NCBI GenBank assembly: GCA_035524895.1
Contig: DATLFI010000047.1
Coordinates: forward strand, 28-64,027
Direction of reading: 5' to 3'
Length of the DNA stretch: 64,000 nt
DNA from: Thermoanaerobaculia bacterium
GTDB taxonomy: Bacteria > Acidobacteriota > Thermoanaerobaculia > Multivoradales > Multivoraceae
The position numbers and the translations under genes are program-made. The notes below the pieces were generated by a model. It did not search any database. It saw only the letters and a program-made list of their open reading frames with translations, and was not told where the DNA came from. This document shows, one piece after another, positions 36,822 to 46,602 of this stretch (within the stretch, counting starts at the first letter, position 1; every line of letters starts with the position of its first letter).

Positions 36822-38927
36822 TCACTCTGAACTGGTCCCCCGGCTCGCTTCGATCCAGCCGAGCCGACGCCGGTGCGGCACGTGCTCGCCCGAGCGCACC
36901 GCGATCTCGACCAGCACGCCGTCGAACGGGGCGCGTACGCGCGCCTCGAGCTTCATCGCCTCGAGCACGAAGAGCGACTGCCCGGCGGAAACCGACTCGC
37001 CGGCGACGGCCAGCACCTGGGTGACCTGGCCCGCCATCGGTGCGAGCAGCACCCCGGGGTCGTCCTCGGCCGCAGCGGCCCGTGCCCGGCGGCGCGCCAG
37101 CACGGAGCGGCCGCAGCGTTGGGCGAAGGCCACGGCCGGCGGACGACCAGCAGGCGACCCTTCGACCCAAACCACCGCTGCCTCGCGCTCGCTGTGCGCC
37201 TCGACGCCCCAGCGGACCGCGAGCGAGCACAGCTCGCCGCCGCCCACGGTCTCGAGGGTCGCACTCAGAAGGAGCTCGACCTCGATCGGGAAGGCGGCCG
37301 CGCCAACGGCTTCGCCGCTGCCGAGAGTGACCGCGAAGCACGGGCGACCGCTGGCGAGCGGCTGGATCCGCGCCTCGGCCCTGATGCCGCCCCGCTCGAC
37401 ACCGTCGAGCTCGTAGGGCACGTACGCCGGCAGCGGCACCGCGCTGCTCCACGGTGCGATTCCGCGCGCCCACGCGCCGACGTAGCCCGCCAGAGCGAGC
37501 GCGCACAGCGCGGTGCACCGCGAGTCCTCCTCGGTCGCCTCGCGCCAGTCCTCGACGAACGCCGGCAGCGTCGCGGTGTCCGGCGCGCCAGCCGCCGGCG
37601 ATGCGAAGGCCGGCGAGCGCAGGTAGTCCACGAGGAAATCGCGATTGGTGACCAACCCGCACACCACGGTGCGTTCCAGCGCGTCGATCAGGCGCCGCCG
37701 CGCCTCCTCTCGATCGGCGCCGTGCGCTACGACCTTCGCGACCATCGGGTCGTAGTGCGCGGGAACTTCGACACCGTCGCGCAGCGCGGTCTCCCAGCGC
37801 ACGCCGGAACCCGCCGCCGGCCGGAAGAGCTCGGCGCGCCCCGGCCGCGGTGCGAAACCGTGTGCCGGGTCCTCGGCGTAGAGGCGCGCCTCGATCGCGT
37901 GGCCGCGCGGTACGAGCTCCCGCTGGTCGAAGGGCAAGCGCTCGCCGCGTGCGACGCGGAGTTGCCACTCCACCAGGTCGACCCCGAGCACCTCCTCGGT
38001 CACCGGGTGCTCGACCTGCAGCCGCGTATTGACCTCCAGGAAGTAGACGTCCTCGCCATGCACCAGCATCTCGACCGTGCCCGCGCCGAGGTAGCCGACC
38101 TCGCGCGCGACCGAGAGCGCCGCCTGGTAGAGCCGCTCGCGGAGGGCCGGGGCGAGACCAGGGGCAGGCGCCTCCTCCACCACCTTCTGGTGGCGACGCT
38201 GCGACGAGCAGTCGCGCTCGCCGAGGTGGAGCACCGCGCCGTGCGCGTCGGCGAGCACCTGCACCTCGACGTGGCGCGCGCCGTCGAGCGCTCGCTCGAG
38301 CAGCAGGCGCGCGTCGCCGAATGCGGCAAGCGCCTCGGCCGACGCGGCGGTGATCGCCTCGCGCAGGGCGTCGGGCTCCTCCACCCGACGCATGCCGCGA
38401 CCGCCGCCGCCTGCCGCCGCCTTGACCAGGAGAGGAAACCCGAGACGCGCCGCCTCTTCGCGCGGCTCGACCGCACCAGGAGAGACCTCGATGCCCGGGA
38501 TCACCGGCACGCCGGCCCGGCGCGCGACATCTTTCGCGCGACCCTTGTCGGCGAGCGTTCGCACTGTCTCCGCGCGCGGCCCCACGAACACCAGACCCGC
38601 AGCGACCGTCGCCTCGACCAGCTCGGGGCTCTCCGCCAGGAACCCGTAGCCTGGATGAATCGCCTCCGCGCGCAGCCGCAAAGCGGCCTCGATCACGCGC
38701 TCGACCGATAGGTACGACGAACGCGCGTCCGCCGCTCCGAGCCGGCAGGAAGCCGCCATCGCGTCCAGGTGCGGCGAGCCCTGGTCCGCGTCGCTCCAGA
38801 CACCGAGCGGCACGATGCCGAGCTTCGCGGCAGCGCGCGCGATGCGTATTGCCACCTCGCCGCGGTTGGCTACCAGCACCCGCTCGAACGGGCGCGCCGC
38901 GGGCTCCCGCTCGCCAAGGCTGCTCAC
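36822..38927 (-). CDS. Biotin-dependent acyl-CoA carboxylase alpha subunit (biotin carboxylase + BCCP), methylcrotonyl-CoA carboxylase-like
   Basis: RVLVANRGEVAIRIARAA; ATP-grasp motifs; C-terminal biotinyl-lysine EAMKLE; GTG start overlaps the hydratase stop (GTGA). Confidence 0.8.
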   Translation of the reverse strand: MSSLGEREPAARPFERVLVANRGEVAIRIARAAAKLGIVPLGVWSDADQGSPHLDAMAASCRLGAADARSSYLSVERVIEAALRLRAEAIHPGYGFLAESPELVEATVAAGLVFVGPRAETVRTLADKGRAKDVARRAGVPVIPGIEVSPGAVEPREEAARLGFPLLVKAAAGGGGRGMRRVEEPDALREAITAASAEALAAFGDARLLLERALDGARHVEVQVLADAHGAVLHLGERDCSSQRRHQKVVEEAPAPGLAPALRERLYQAALSVAREVGYLGAGTVEMLVHGEDVYFLEVNTRLQVEHPVTEEVLGVDLVEWQLRVARGERLPFDQRELVPRGHAIEARLYAEDPAHGFAPRPGRAELFRPAAGSGVRWETALRDGVEVPAHYDPMVAKVVAHGADREEARRRLIDALERTVVCGLVTNRDFLVDYLRSPAFASPAAGAPDTATLPAFVEDWREATEEDSRCTALCALALAGYVGAWARGIAPWSSAVPLPAYVPYELDGVERGGIRAEARIQPLASGRPCFAVTLGSGEAVGAAAFPIEVELLLSATLETVGGGELCSLAVRWGVEAHSEREAAVVWVEGSPAGRPPAVAFAQRCGRSVLARRRARAAAAEDDPGVLLAPMAGQVTQVLAVAGESVSAGQSLFVLEAMKLEARVRAPFDGVLVEIAVRSGEHVPHRRRLGWIEASRGTSSE

Positions 38928-39760
38928 TCCTCGGGTCCCGCCCAGCGCGGCGGCCGCCGCTCCAGGAACGCCGCGATGCCCTCGGGCGCTTCGTCGCTGA
39001 TCGCCTCGACGAACGCGACGGCGGCCTGGTCGAGCACCCGCTCGACCGTCGAGCGATCGCCGGCGACGATCTGCTCCAGCAGCGCCTTGGTGCGCGCGAC
39101 CGCTCTCGGCGCGCAGCGCGCGACCTGGGCGACGATCTCCGCGACCCGTGCTTCCAGCGCGCCGTCGTCCGGCACCACCTCGTGCACCAGGCCCGCCGCG
39201 GATGCCTGGCGCGCGTCGAGCACGCTGCCCGTGAGCATCAGCCGTCGCGCCAGCGTGCCACCCACTCGCTCGTAGAGGAACGGCGCGATCTGCGCCGGTA
39301 CCAGGCCCAGCGTCACCTCCGGCGTGCCGAGGCGCGCGTTCTCGGTCGCGACGGCAACATCGCTGATGCACGCCAGACCCATGCCGCCGCCCATCGCCGA
39401 GCCCTCGATCGCCGCGATCACCACCTGAGGCAGCGCACGCAGCTCGAGCAGCAGCGATCCGAACTCTCGGTTGAGCCGCCTCAGGTCGTCCTCGGCGCCG
39501 GTCCGTTCGCGCGACGCGCTCATCCCGCGCACGTCGCCGCCGGCGCTGAAGTTCCCGCCAGCGCCGCGAAGCACGACTACCCGCACCCCGTCCGCGAGCG
39601 GCGCTCCACCCGCCAGTGCGGCCGCGAGCCAGCGCAGCTCGCTCACCACCTCCGCCGAAAGCGCGTTGCGCACCTCGGGGCGGTCGATGGTCACGTGGAG
39701 CGCGATCCCGTCGCGGCGGAGCTGCAACGTCGACAGGTGCTCCGGCAGCGATCCGCTCAT
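38924..39760 (-). CDS. Enoyl-CoA hydratase/isomerase (methylglutaconyl-CoA hydratase-like)
   Basis: Crotonase fold signatures (GAGGNFSAGGDV...AIEGSAMGGGMGLA). Confidence 0.75.
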   Translation of the reverse strand: MSGSLPEHLSTLQLRRDGIALHVTIDRPEVRNALSAEVVSELRWLAAALAGGAPLADGVRVVVLRGAGGNFSAGGDVRGMSASRERTGAEDDLRRLNREFGSLLLELRALPQVVIAAIEGSAMGGGMGLACISDVAVATENARLGTPEVTLGLVPAQIAPFLYERVGGTLARRLMLTGSVLDARQASAAGLVHEVVPDDGALEARVAEIVAQVARCAPRAVARTKALLEQIVAGDRSTVERVLDQAAVAFVEAISDEAPEGIAAFLERRPPRWAGPEE

Positions 39761-39841
39761 CGTCCTGGCTCCCTCGAAACCGGCGTTCCTACCTCCGACC
39801 CCGCATCCCTTCTACCCACCGGCAACCCCCTTCGTCCCCTC

Positions 39842-41470
39842 TCACATCCTCGCCACGCCGAAGGTGTTCCCCCGCAACACTCGCCGCTCCGCCTCGGCGC
39901 AGGTCGCGAGAGTGAAACCCAGGACACGCCGCGTGTCGCGCGGATCGATGATGCCGTCGTCCCACACCCTTGCCGTCGCGTAGAGCGCGGTCGACTCCTG
40001 CTCGAGGCGATCGCGGAGTCCTTGCTTCATGCGCTCGAGGCCGGCGCGCTCGGCCTCGCCGGCCTCGCGACCCTCGCGTCGCCATTTGCCCTCGGTGACC
40101 ATCGCCATCACGCCGGCGGCCTGTTCGCCGCCCATCACCGCGATGCGCGAGCACGGCCACGCGAACACGAAGCGCGGGTCGAAGGAGCGGCCGCACATGC
40201 CGTAGTTGCCGGCGCCGAACGAGGCGCCCAGGATCACCGTGAGCTGCGGCACGGTGGCGTTGGCAACGGCCTGGATCATCTTCGAGCCGTGCTTGACGAT
40301 GCCGCGGCTCTCCGCGTCCTTGCCGACCATGTAGCCGGTGGTGTTCTGCAGGTAGACCAGCGGCGTGCCGGTCTGGCAGCAGAGTTGGATGAACTGTGCC
40401 GCCTTGGTCGCGCCGTCGGCGTCGATCGGGCCGTTGTTGCCGAGCACGCCGCAGCGGTGGCCTTCGATCGCGGCGAAGCCGCACACCGTGTGCGGTCCGT
40501 AGCGTTCCTTGAAGTCGAGGAACTCGGAGCCGTCGACGACGCGCGCCAGCACCTCGCGCACGTCGTAGGGCTCGCGGTAGTCCTCGGGCACCAGCGCCAG
40601 GAGCTCCTCCCCGGGGTAGCGCGAAGGCGGCGCGCCGGCCGTCGTGCCCCAGTCGGCGGGCCGATCCCAGCGCAGGCTCGCCAGGAGCTCGCGTGCCTGC
40701 TCGAGCGCTGACGCGTCGTCCTCGGCGAGGTACTCCGCGAGACCAGTGGTCTGCGCGTGCATCTCCGCGCCGCCGAGCTCCTCGTCGGTCGCATCCTGGC
40801 CGAGCGCCGCCTTCACCAGCGGCGGCCCGGCCAGGAAGATCTTCGCTCTGCCCCTCACCGCGATGACGTAGTCGGAAAGGCCCGGCAGGTAGGCGCCGCC
40901 CGCGGTCGACGAGCCGTGCACCACCGAGATCACCGGGATGCCGGCGGCCGAGAGCCGCGCCAGATTGGCGAACGTGCGGCCGCCCGGCACGAAGATCTCG
41001 GCCTGGTAGTTGAGGTTGGCGCCCGCGCTCTCGACCAGGTGGATCAGCGGCAGCTTGCTGGTGCGCGCGATCTCCTGCGCGCGCAGGCTCTTGGCGAGGC
41101 CGGCCGGCGTCGTCGCGCCGCCCTTGATGCCGCAGTCGTTGGCCAAGACCACCACCCGCACACCCGCGACGAAGCCGATACTCACGATCGAGCCGCCGCC
41201 GGTCGGCCTCTCGTCGCCGTCGTCGTCGTGCATGCCGAGACCCGCGAGCGTCATCAGCTCGACGAACGGCGCGCCCGGATCGAGCAGCCTCGCCAGCCGC
41301 TCGCGCGGCAGGAGCTGGCCGCGTTCGCGCATCTTCGGCGCAGCGAGCGCCGAATGTCGCCGCACGTTCTCCTCCAGCCGCCGCACCTCGGCTAGGCGAG
41401 AGAGCTGCGCTTCGCGGTTGCGCGCGAGCGCGGGTTCGCGCGAGTCGAGGCGGCTCCTGAGCGCTGGCAC
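39842..41470 (-). CDS. Acyl-CoA carboxylase carboxyltransferase (beta) subunit, methylcrotonyl-CoA carboxylase beta-like
   Basis: Two carboxyltransferase domains (IVSIGFVAGVRVVVLANDCGIKGG...; GFAAIEGHRCGVLGNN...TVILGASFGAGNYGMCG); GTG start at AVPALRS. The ORF upstream of 41470 is low-complexity. Confidence 0.8.
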   Translation of the reverse strand: MPALRSRLDSREPALARNREAQLSRLAEVRRLEENVRRHSALAAPKMRERGQLLPRERLARLLDPGAPFVELMTLAGLGMHDDDGDERPTGGGSIVSIGFVAGVRVVVLANDCGIKGGATTPAGLAKSLRAQEIARTSKLPLIHLVESAGANLNYQAEIFVPGGRTFANLARLSAAGIPVISVVHGSSTAGGAYLPGLSDYVIAVRGRAKIFLAGPPLVKAALGQDATDEELGGAEMHAQTTGLAEYLAEDDASALEQARELLASLRWDRPADWGTTAGAPPSRYPGEELLALVPEDYREPYDVREVLARVVDGSEFLDFKERYGPHTVCGFAAIEGHRCGVLGNNGPIDADGATKAAQFIQLCCQTGTPLVYLQNTTGYMVGKDAESRGIVKHGSKMIQAVANATVPQLTVILGASFGAGNYGMCGRSFDPRFVFAWPCSRIAVMGGEQAAGVMAMVTEGKWRREGREAGEAERAGLERMKQGLRDRLEQESTALYATARVWDDGIIDPRDTRRVLGFTLATCAEAERRVLRGNTFGVARM

Positions 41471-41550
41471 AGCGCAGGAGCGTACCAGCGGGGACCGCTC
41501 AGGCCCGACTCGCCGAGGGGTCGAGCAGGGCCAGGCGGAGGCCCGGATAG

Positions 41551-41588
41551 CGTTCGAAGTCCCGATCGAACGTGACGATCTCGAGATC
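41551..41588. promoter_or_regulatory. Two palindromes in the divergent carboxylase/galU intergenic region (candidate operator sites)
   Basis: Read directly: CGTTCGA-agtcccga-TCGAACG (7-bp arms) followed by the perfect 12-bp palindrome GATCTCGAGATC. Confidence 0.4.
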
Positions 41589-41630
41589 ACCGCCTCCGAC
41601 GCGCCGATCCGTTCCGCTATCTTTCCCTTC

Positions 41631-42422
41631 GTGCGCAAAGCGGTGATTCCCGCGGCAGGTCTCGGCACGCGCATGCGTCCCTGGAGCGAGGTGGTGCCGA
41701 AGGAGCTGGTGCCGCTCGGCACCAAGCCGGCGATCCAGTTCGCGGTCGACGAGGCGCTGGGCGCAGGGATCGCGGAGATCGCTGTAGTCGTGAGCCCCGA
41801 CAAGGGGCTGCTGCGCGACTACCTCGACCGCTTCGGCGACCCTTCCGGTCGGGCGCGCTTCACCTACGTGACACAGGAGACGCCGCGAGGCCTGGGCGAT
41901 GCGATCCTCTGCTGCCGCGACTTCGCGGCGGGCGAGCCGTTCGCGGTGCTGCTGCCGGACAACGTGCTGTTGTCGCCGGCCCACGACTTCGGCCGCCTGG
42001 TGCGTGCGTCCGAGCGGAGCGGTCTCGACGCCATCGGCGTGATCGAGGTCACCCACGCCGACTCGGGGCGTTACGGCAACTGCGGCCGCATCGAGTTCCG
42101 CGTGCTGGAGCCGGGGTTGCTGGAGCTCGAACGTCTCTACGACAAGCTGCCGGGCACGCTCCAGGTGCCGCCGGGCGAGACGCTGCTGCGCACCTGCGGC
42201 CGCTACGCCTGCACGCAGAGGCTCCTGGACGAGCTCGCGCAACTACGCGCCACCACCGGCGACCGAGTCGAGCTCGACGAGGTGCCGGCCTACCAGCGCA
42301 TCGTGGCCAGCGGCGGGGCGGTCGGCGTCGTGCTGCCCCCCCCGCTGTTCGATGTCGGCAACCCATCGGGGTACCTCGCCGCCTGCGCGGCGATCCACGA
42401 ACGACACGGAGCCGTCGAGTAG
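41631..42422 (+). CDS. galU: UTP--glucose-1-phosphate uridylyltransferase-like nucleotidyltransferase
   Basis: KAVIPAAGLGTRMRP N-terminal motif; 263 aa from a GTG start. Upstream ORF sequence is antisense to the carboxylase gene. Confidence 0.6.
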   Translation: MRKAVIPAAGLGTRMRPWSEVVPKELVPLGTKPAIQFAVDEALGAGIAEIAVVVSPDKGLLRDYLDRFGDPSGRARFTYVTQETPRGLGDAILCCRDFAAGEPFAVLLPDNVLLSPAHDFGRLVRASERSGLDAIGVIEVTHADSGRYGNCGRIEFRVLEPGLLELERLYDKLPGTLQVPPGETLLRTCGRYACTQRLLDELAQLRATTGDRVELDEVPAYQRIVASGGAVGVVLPPPLFDVGNPSGYLAACAAIHERHGAVE

Positions 42423-42515
42423 CGGCCCCGGGGAGAGGTCGTGCCGGCTCACCGGGCGGCGCGGTCGCCGACACCACGGCGTTCGCTGGCCATGAGGCCG
42501 CGCCGAGGAAAGCAT

Positions 42516-43676
42516 CTACCCCACCACGGCCGCGCCGTCGCTGACGCGGCAGCGAATGGTCACCGGCACTCGCCCGAACCGCGCGGCAAACGCCTCGCGT
42601 TGCGCTCGTTCGACCTGGTCGAGCGCGTCGCGGTGCACCGCCGTCGTGACGCAGCCGCCGAACCCGGCGCCGGTGAGGCGCGCGCCGTAGCAGCCGGGGA
42701 CCGACCAGGCCGTCTCCGCGAGCAGGTCGAGCTCGGGGATGCTGACCTCGTAGAGATCGCGGGACGAGCGATGCGAGGCACGCACCAGCGCGCCGAAGTC
42801 CTCCATCCTTCCCGCTCGCAACGCCACAGCGCCCTCCAGCACACGGTGACATTCCTCCACGACGTGGCGAGCGCGCGACAGCAGTGACGCCGGGAGCACG
42901 GACCCGTGGCGTTCGAGATCGCTCGGCGTCACGTCGCGTAGGGCCGCGATTTCCGGCAGCTGCGCCCGCAGCAGCTCCACGGCGCGCTGGCACTCGGCGC
43001 GCCGATCGTTGAAGCGTGAGCCCACGAGCGAGCGCCGCACTCCGGTATCGGTCACCAGCACTGCGACCTCCTCCGGCACCGGGATCAGCTCGTGCTCGAG
43101 CGAGCGACAGTCGAGCAGCACGACGTGACCGGCGCGGCCGTGGATGGAGGCGAACTGGTCCATCACTCCCGAACCGACGCCGAGCACCTCGTTCTCCACC
43201 CGCCGCCCGAGCCGCGCGCATTCGGCGCCTGGCAGGTCGAACCCGAAGAGCGACTCGAAGGCCAGGAAGAAGGCCACCTCGACGGCGGCCGACGAGCTCA
43301 CACCTGCGCCCATCGGCAAGTCGCCGCCATACACCGCATCGAGCGGTCCCACCTCGAAGCCGGCATCGCGCAGCACCCACGCCACGCCGCGCGGATAGTC
43401 CGCCCAGCGCCGCTGGTCGCTGGCGTGCGGCTTCTCGCCGTCGGGTTCCTCGAAGGGCACGTCGGCGGGGAGATCGAGCGCGCAGAGCCGGCCGGTGGAC
43501 CCGCGCGCCCGCCCCGCCGCCAGCCACACGGCGCGGTCGATCGCCCCGGGCAGCACCCAGCCGTCGTTGTAGTCGACGTGCGCGCCGAGCAGGTTCACCC
43601 GCCCGGGCGCCCGCACGACCACATCCGGCGGGCGGTCGAAGCGATCGCGGAAGGCGGCGGCGATGGAGGACAGCAG
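42516..43676 (-). CDS. galK: Galactokinase (GHMP kinase)
   Basis: RAPGRVNLLGAHVDYNDG galactokinase signature and PMGAGVSSSAA GHMP motif. The start is uncertain: no in-frame ATG/GTG lies between the upstream SDR stop and the signature, so a CTG or near-cognate start is assumed. Confidence 0.65.
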   Translation of the reverse strand: MLSSIAAAFRDRFDRPPDVVVRAPGRVNLLGAHVDYNDGWVLPGAIDRAVWLAAGRARGSTGRLCALDLPADVPFEEPDGEKPHASDQRRWADYPRGVAWVLRDAGFEVGPLDAVYGGDLPMGAGVSSSAAVEVAFFLAFESLFGFDLPGAECARLGRRVENEVLGVGSGVMDQFASIHGRAGHVVLLDCRSLEHELIPVPEEVAVLVTDTGVRRSLVGSRFNDRRAECQRAVELLRAQLPEIAALRDVTPSDLERHGSVLPASLLSRARHVVEECHRVLEGAVALRAGRMEDFGALVRASHRSSRDLYEVSIPELDLLAETAWSVPGCYGARLTGAGFGGCVTTAVHRDALDQVERAQREAFAARFGRVPVTIRCRVSDGAAVVG

Positions 43677-43680
43677 TCGC

Positions 43681-44526
43681 TCACCCCTCCGGATCGTGCA
43701 GATCCGTCCAGTGTCCCTGGTAGTACGCGCCGTCGGCGACGATCGCGGCACCGTTGACGTAGCGCGCCGCCGGCGAGCACAGGAAGAGCACCATCGCGGC
43801 GACTTCCTCGACGCTCCCGAGTCGGTGCGCCGGGATGTCACGTACCGCCTGCGCCTCGTAGTCGTCGCGGTCGGCGTAGGCGAACTCCTCTTCGCGCACA
43901 CCCTGGGTGGCAATGGTGCCGGGGGCGAGCGCGTTGACCGTCACGCCGCGTCTCGCCCAGTGGTAGGCGAGGCTGCGCGTGAGGTTGACCACGCCGGCGC
44001 GCGCCGCGCCGGAGTGCGCGAAGGCCGGCGCGCCGCGGTCGAAGGAGTAGATGTGCACGACATTGACGATGGCGCCGAATCCGCGCTCGGCCATCTTCGG
44101 CCCGAAGCGGCTGCAGAGGTTCCAGGTGCCGTTCAGGTTGAGGTCCACCACGGCGCGCCAGCCGCGGTCGGTGATCTCGGTGGGCCGTGCTGGGAACTGC
44201 CCGCCGGCGTTGTTGATCAGGAAGTCGATGGCGCCGAAGCGTTCGAGCGCCTGGTCGCGCAGTGCGTCGACCTGCACCACGTCCCGCACATCGGTCGGCA
44301 CCGCGAGGCAGGGCGCGCCGAGCGCCTCGATCTCCGCGCGGGTCGGCTCGATGTTCTCCCGCTTGCGGCTCGCGATCACGACGCTGGCACCGAAGCGCGC
44401 GAAAGCGAGTGCGATGCCGCGACCGATGCCGCGCCCGCCGCCAGTGATGAGCGCAACCTTGTCGCGGAACAGCCCATCCGCGAAGACGGCTAGGGGATCG
44501 GCGGATGGCTGGATGGCGTTCGACAC
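43681..44526 (-). CDS. SDR-family oxidoreductase
   Basis: ALITGGGRGIGRGIA cofactor motif and NNAG; ~281 aa. Confidence 0.75.
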   Translation of the reverse strand: MSNAIQPSADPLAVFADGLFRDKVALITGGGRGIGRGIALAFARFGASVVIASRKRENIEPTRAEIEALGAPCLAVPTDVRDVVQVDALRDQALERFGAIDFLINNAGGQFPARPTEITDRGWRAVVDLNLNGTWNLCSRFGPKMAERGFGAIVNVVHIYSFDRGAPAFAHSGAARAGVVNLTRSLAYHWARRGVTVNALAPGTIATQGVREEEFAYADRDDYEAQAVRDIPAHRLGSVEEVAAMVLFLCSPAARYVNGAAIVADGAYYQGHWTDLHDPEG

Positions 44527-44637
44527 GGATTTGGAGGCAACCCCAAGAACCCAGGAGCGGCGCCGATCCTACGGCGGGAAGCCGCGCGAGGCCACCAACT
44601 GTTGTCCGCCAGAACCGCTCAGCGGGGTGCGCCGAGC

Positions 44638-45619
44638 TCACTCCGCGCGCAACGCCTCGATCGGATCGACCCTCGCGGCGCGTCTCGCCGGCACCCAGCA
44701 GGCGAGCGCAGACACCCCGACGAAGAGCGCGGCCATGGCCGCGAGGGTGGTCCAGTCTGCGTCGGCCACGCCGGGGATCGCGGCGCGCAAGCCACGTGGG
44801 AGCGACACCGCCACGACGATCCCCAGCGCGAGGCCCGCGGCGACCGGCAGAGCACCGCTGCGAAACGCCCGGAGCGCGATCGATCGTCGGGGTGCACCCA
44901 GCGCGATCCGGATCCCGGACTCCCGCGCGCGGCTCGCGACGACGTGCCCGACCACGCCGTAGGTACCCACTGCCGCCAGCAGGACGCCGAGCGAAGCGAA
45001 CACACCGAGCACCGCCAGCGTGAAGCGCGGTCGCACCAGCTCGCGATCGAACGCACGCTCGAGCGGCAGCCAGCGACCCAGATCGAGCTGCGGATCGAAG
45101 CCCCCGAGACGCTCCCGCAATGCCCGCTCGATGCCGGCCGGGTCGATTCCGGGAGTCGCGCGCACGACCAGGAAGCTTCCCCACCGCGAGACCTGTCGTT
45201 TCGGCCAAAAGATCTGCGGCTCGATCGGTTGTCCGGGGGTGAGCGCCGGCATGTCGCTCACGACGCCCACGACCTCCGCCTCCCACTCCTGCACTCTCAC
45301 GCGCCGCCCGAGCGCCTCGTCTCCCGGCCAGAGGCGGCGTGCCATCGTCTCGTTGACGATGGCGACCGGTGGCGCGCCAGCGCGGTCGCCATCCTCGAAG
45401 CTCCTCCCCGCGACTCGTCGCATGCCGAGCGCTCCGAGGTACCCAGCGTCGACGTCGAACCACCTCGCGCGCATCGCAGCGCGATCGCCCGTCGCGGCCT
45501 CCCCGCCGGGCAGCTCGATCTCACCGGTTTCGACGCCGCCGAAGAGTGGCCCGGCCGAGCCGAGCCCGACCGTGTCGACGCCGGGGACTGCGGCAGCCTC
45601 GCGCGCCACCAGCTCGTGA
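44638..45619 (-). pseudogene. FtsX/MacB-like ABC permease, C-terminal fragment (N-terminally truncated)
   Basis: Periplasmic MacB-like segment (WFDVDAGYLGALG...PVAIVNETMARRLWPGD) plus a 3-TM FtsX domain. No TM1 or first half is found in any frame, no partner ATPase is present, and the upstream portion of the ORF is Arg-rich noise. Confidence 0.4.
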
Positions 45620-45692
45620 TGCGCGACGACTTCTGTTCCCGTTCGGAACTGGCGGGGTGAAGAAAACAGCGGCACCACGGCCACGGCCCGGG

Positions 45693-46544
45693 CTACGGAA
45701 TCGAGACCAGACAGCTCGAGAGCCGAGGCAGCAGCGCGGTGTAGAACGCCACCTTCGCGCCGTCGTTGTAACCCTCCCGCCAGTCGCGCTTCTGGTCCTT
45801 GTCGTAGCTCGACGGGACGCTGCCCGAGTAGTAGCTGGGCGTGGCGGCGGCGGCGGCCAGGCACTCGCCGGGCAGCGAGTGGTAGTGACGCAACCCTGCG
45901 GCGAACCCGACGGCTTGCTCGGGGTCGTTCTCGTAGCGCGCCTTGCGCTGCAGCCGCTCGAGCTCCACTCCCGCACGGTCGATGGCGCTCGAGACCTTCC
46001 AGCGCGTGTACGCGTTCCAGGTCTGCTCGTGATCCTCGGGCAGGGGCTCTGCCGCGCGACGGTTGTAGCTCTCGGCGCTCCGGGCGCCCTCCTCGGAGTG
46101 GTAGCTCTCCAGCACCGCGCGCAGCGCTCCGTCGACCTTGCCGAAATCGGCCGCCTTGACCGCCGAGCGCTCCAACGGGAACAGGAGCTCGATCCTGCAA
46201 GAGATGTGGCTCGCCAAGGTGAAGGGACCATCCGTCACCTCGACCAGCAGCGGCTCGATCAGCTCGATCAGCATGTCGAGCCGCGCGCGCTTGAGATCGA
46301 CCTTGGTCACGCGCCCCAGCTCGCCCGGCTCGAAACGGTGGGCGCCGGTCGAAAGCAGCCGTCCCGGGAGCACCTCGTTGTTCGTGAACAGGCTGTTGCA
46401 GTTCGACTGCGACGGACGGGACACCAGAACGAAGGTGCCGAGCCACTCCTGGCGCAGCGCGTCGTGGAGCACACTCGCGCCGGCGAACGAGCCGGCCACG
46501 AGGCCCGCGAAGAACAGGGGGGCGACCGCTTTCACGGGCGGCAT
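45693..46544 (-). CDS. Secreted hypothetical protein
   Basis: Signal peptide MPPVKAVAPLFFAGLVAGSFAGASV; 283 aa with no recognisable domain. Confidence 0.4.
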   Translation of the reverse strand: MPPVKAVAPLFFAGLVAGSFAGASVLHDALRQEWLGTFVLVSRPSQSNCNSLFTNNEVLPGRLLSTGAHRFEPGELGRVTKVDLKRARLDMLIELIEPLLVEVTDGPFTLASHISCRIELLFPLERSAVKAADFGKVDGALRAVLESYHSEEGARSAESYNRRAAEPLPEDHEQTWNAYTRWKVSSAIDRAGVELERLQRKARYENDPEQAVGFAAGLRHYHSLPGECLAAAAATPSYYSGSVPSSYDKDQKRDWREGYNDGAKVAFYTALLPRLSSCLVSIP

Positions 46545-46602
46545 TCTGCCATGCGCGCGGAGCCAGCGACCGCGATCGCGCGGGCTGTCGACGCGAGAAT
46601 CG

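Noticed and set aside
35878-38711. Plus-strand ORFs 35878-37416 and 36873-38711 of 512-612 aa
   Set aside because: Antisense to the BKACE and carboxylase alpha genes, which have strong motif support.
42423-42515. Possible terminator hairpin between the convergent galU and galK genes
   Set aside because: Only weak, short GC stems (ccgg...ccgg) with no U-tract; not convincing.
42049-43527. 492-aa minus-strand ORF in an alternative frame over galK
   Set aside because: Arg-rich; galK motifs are in the other frame.
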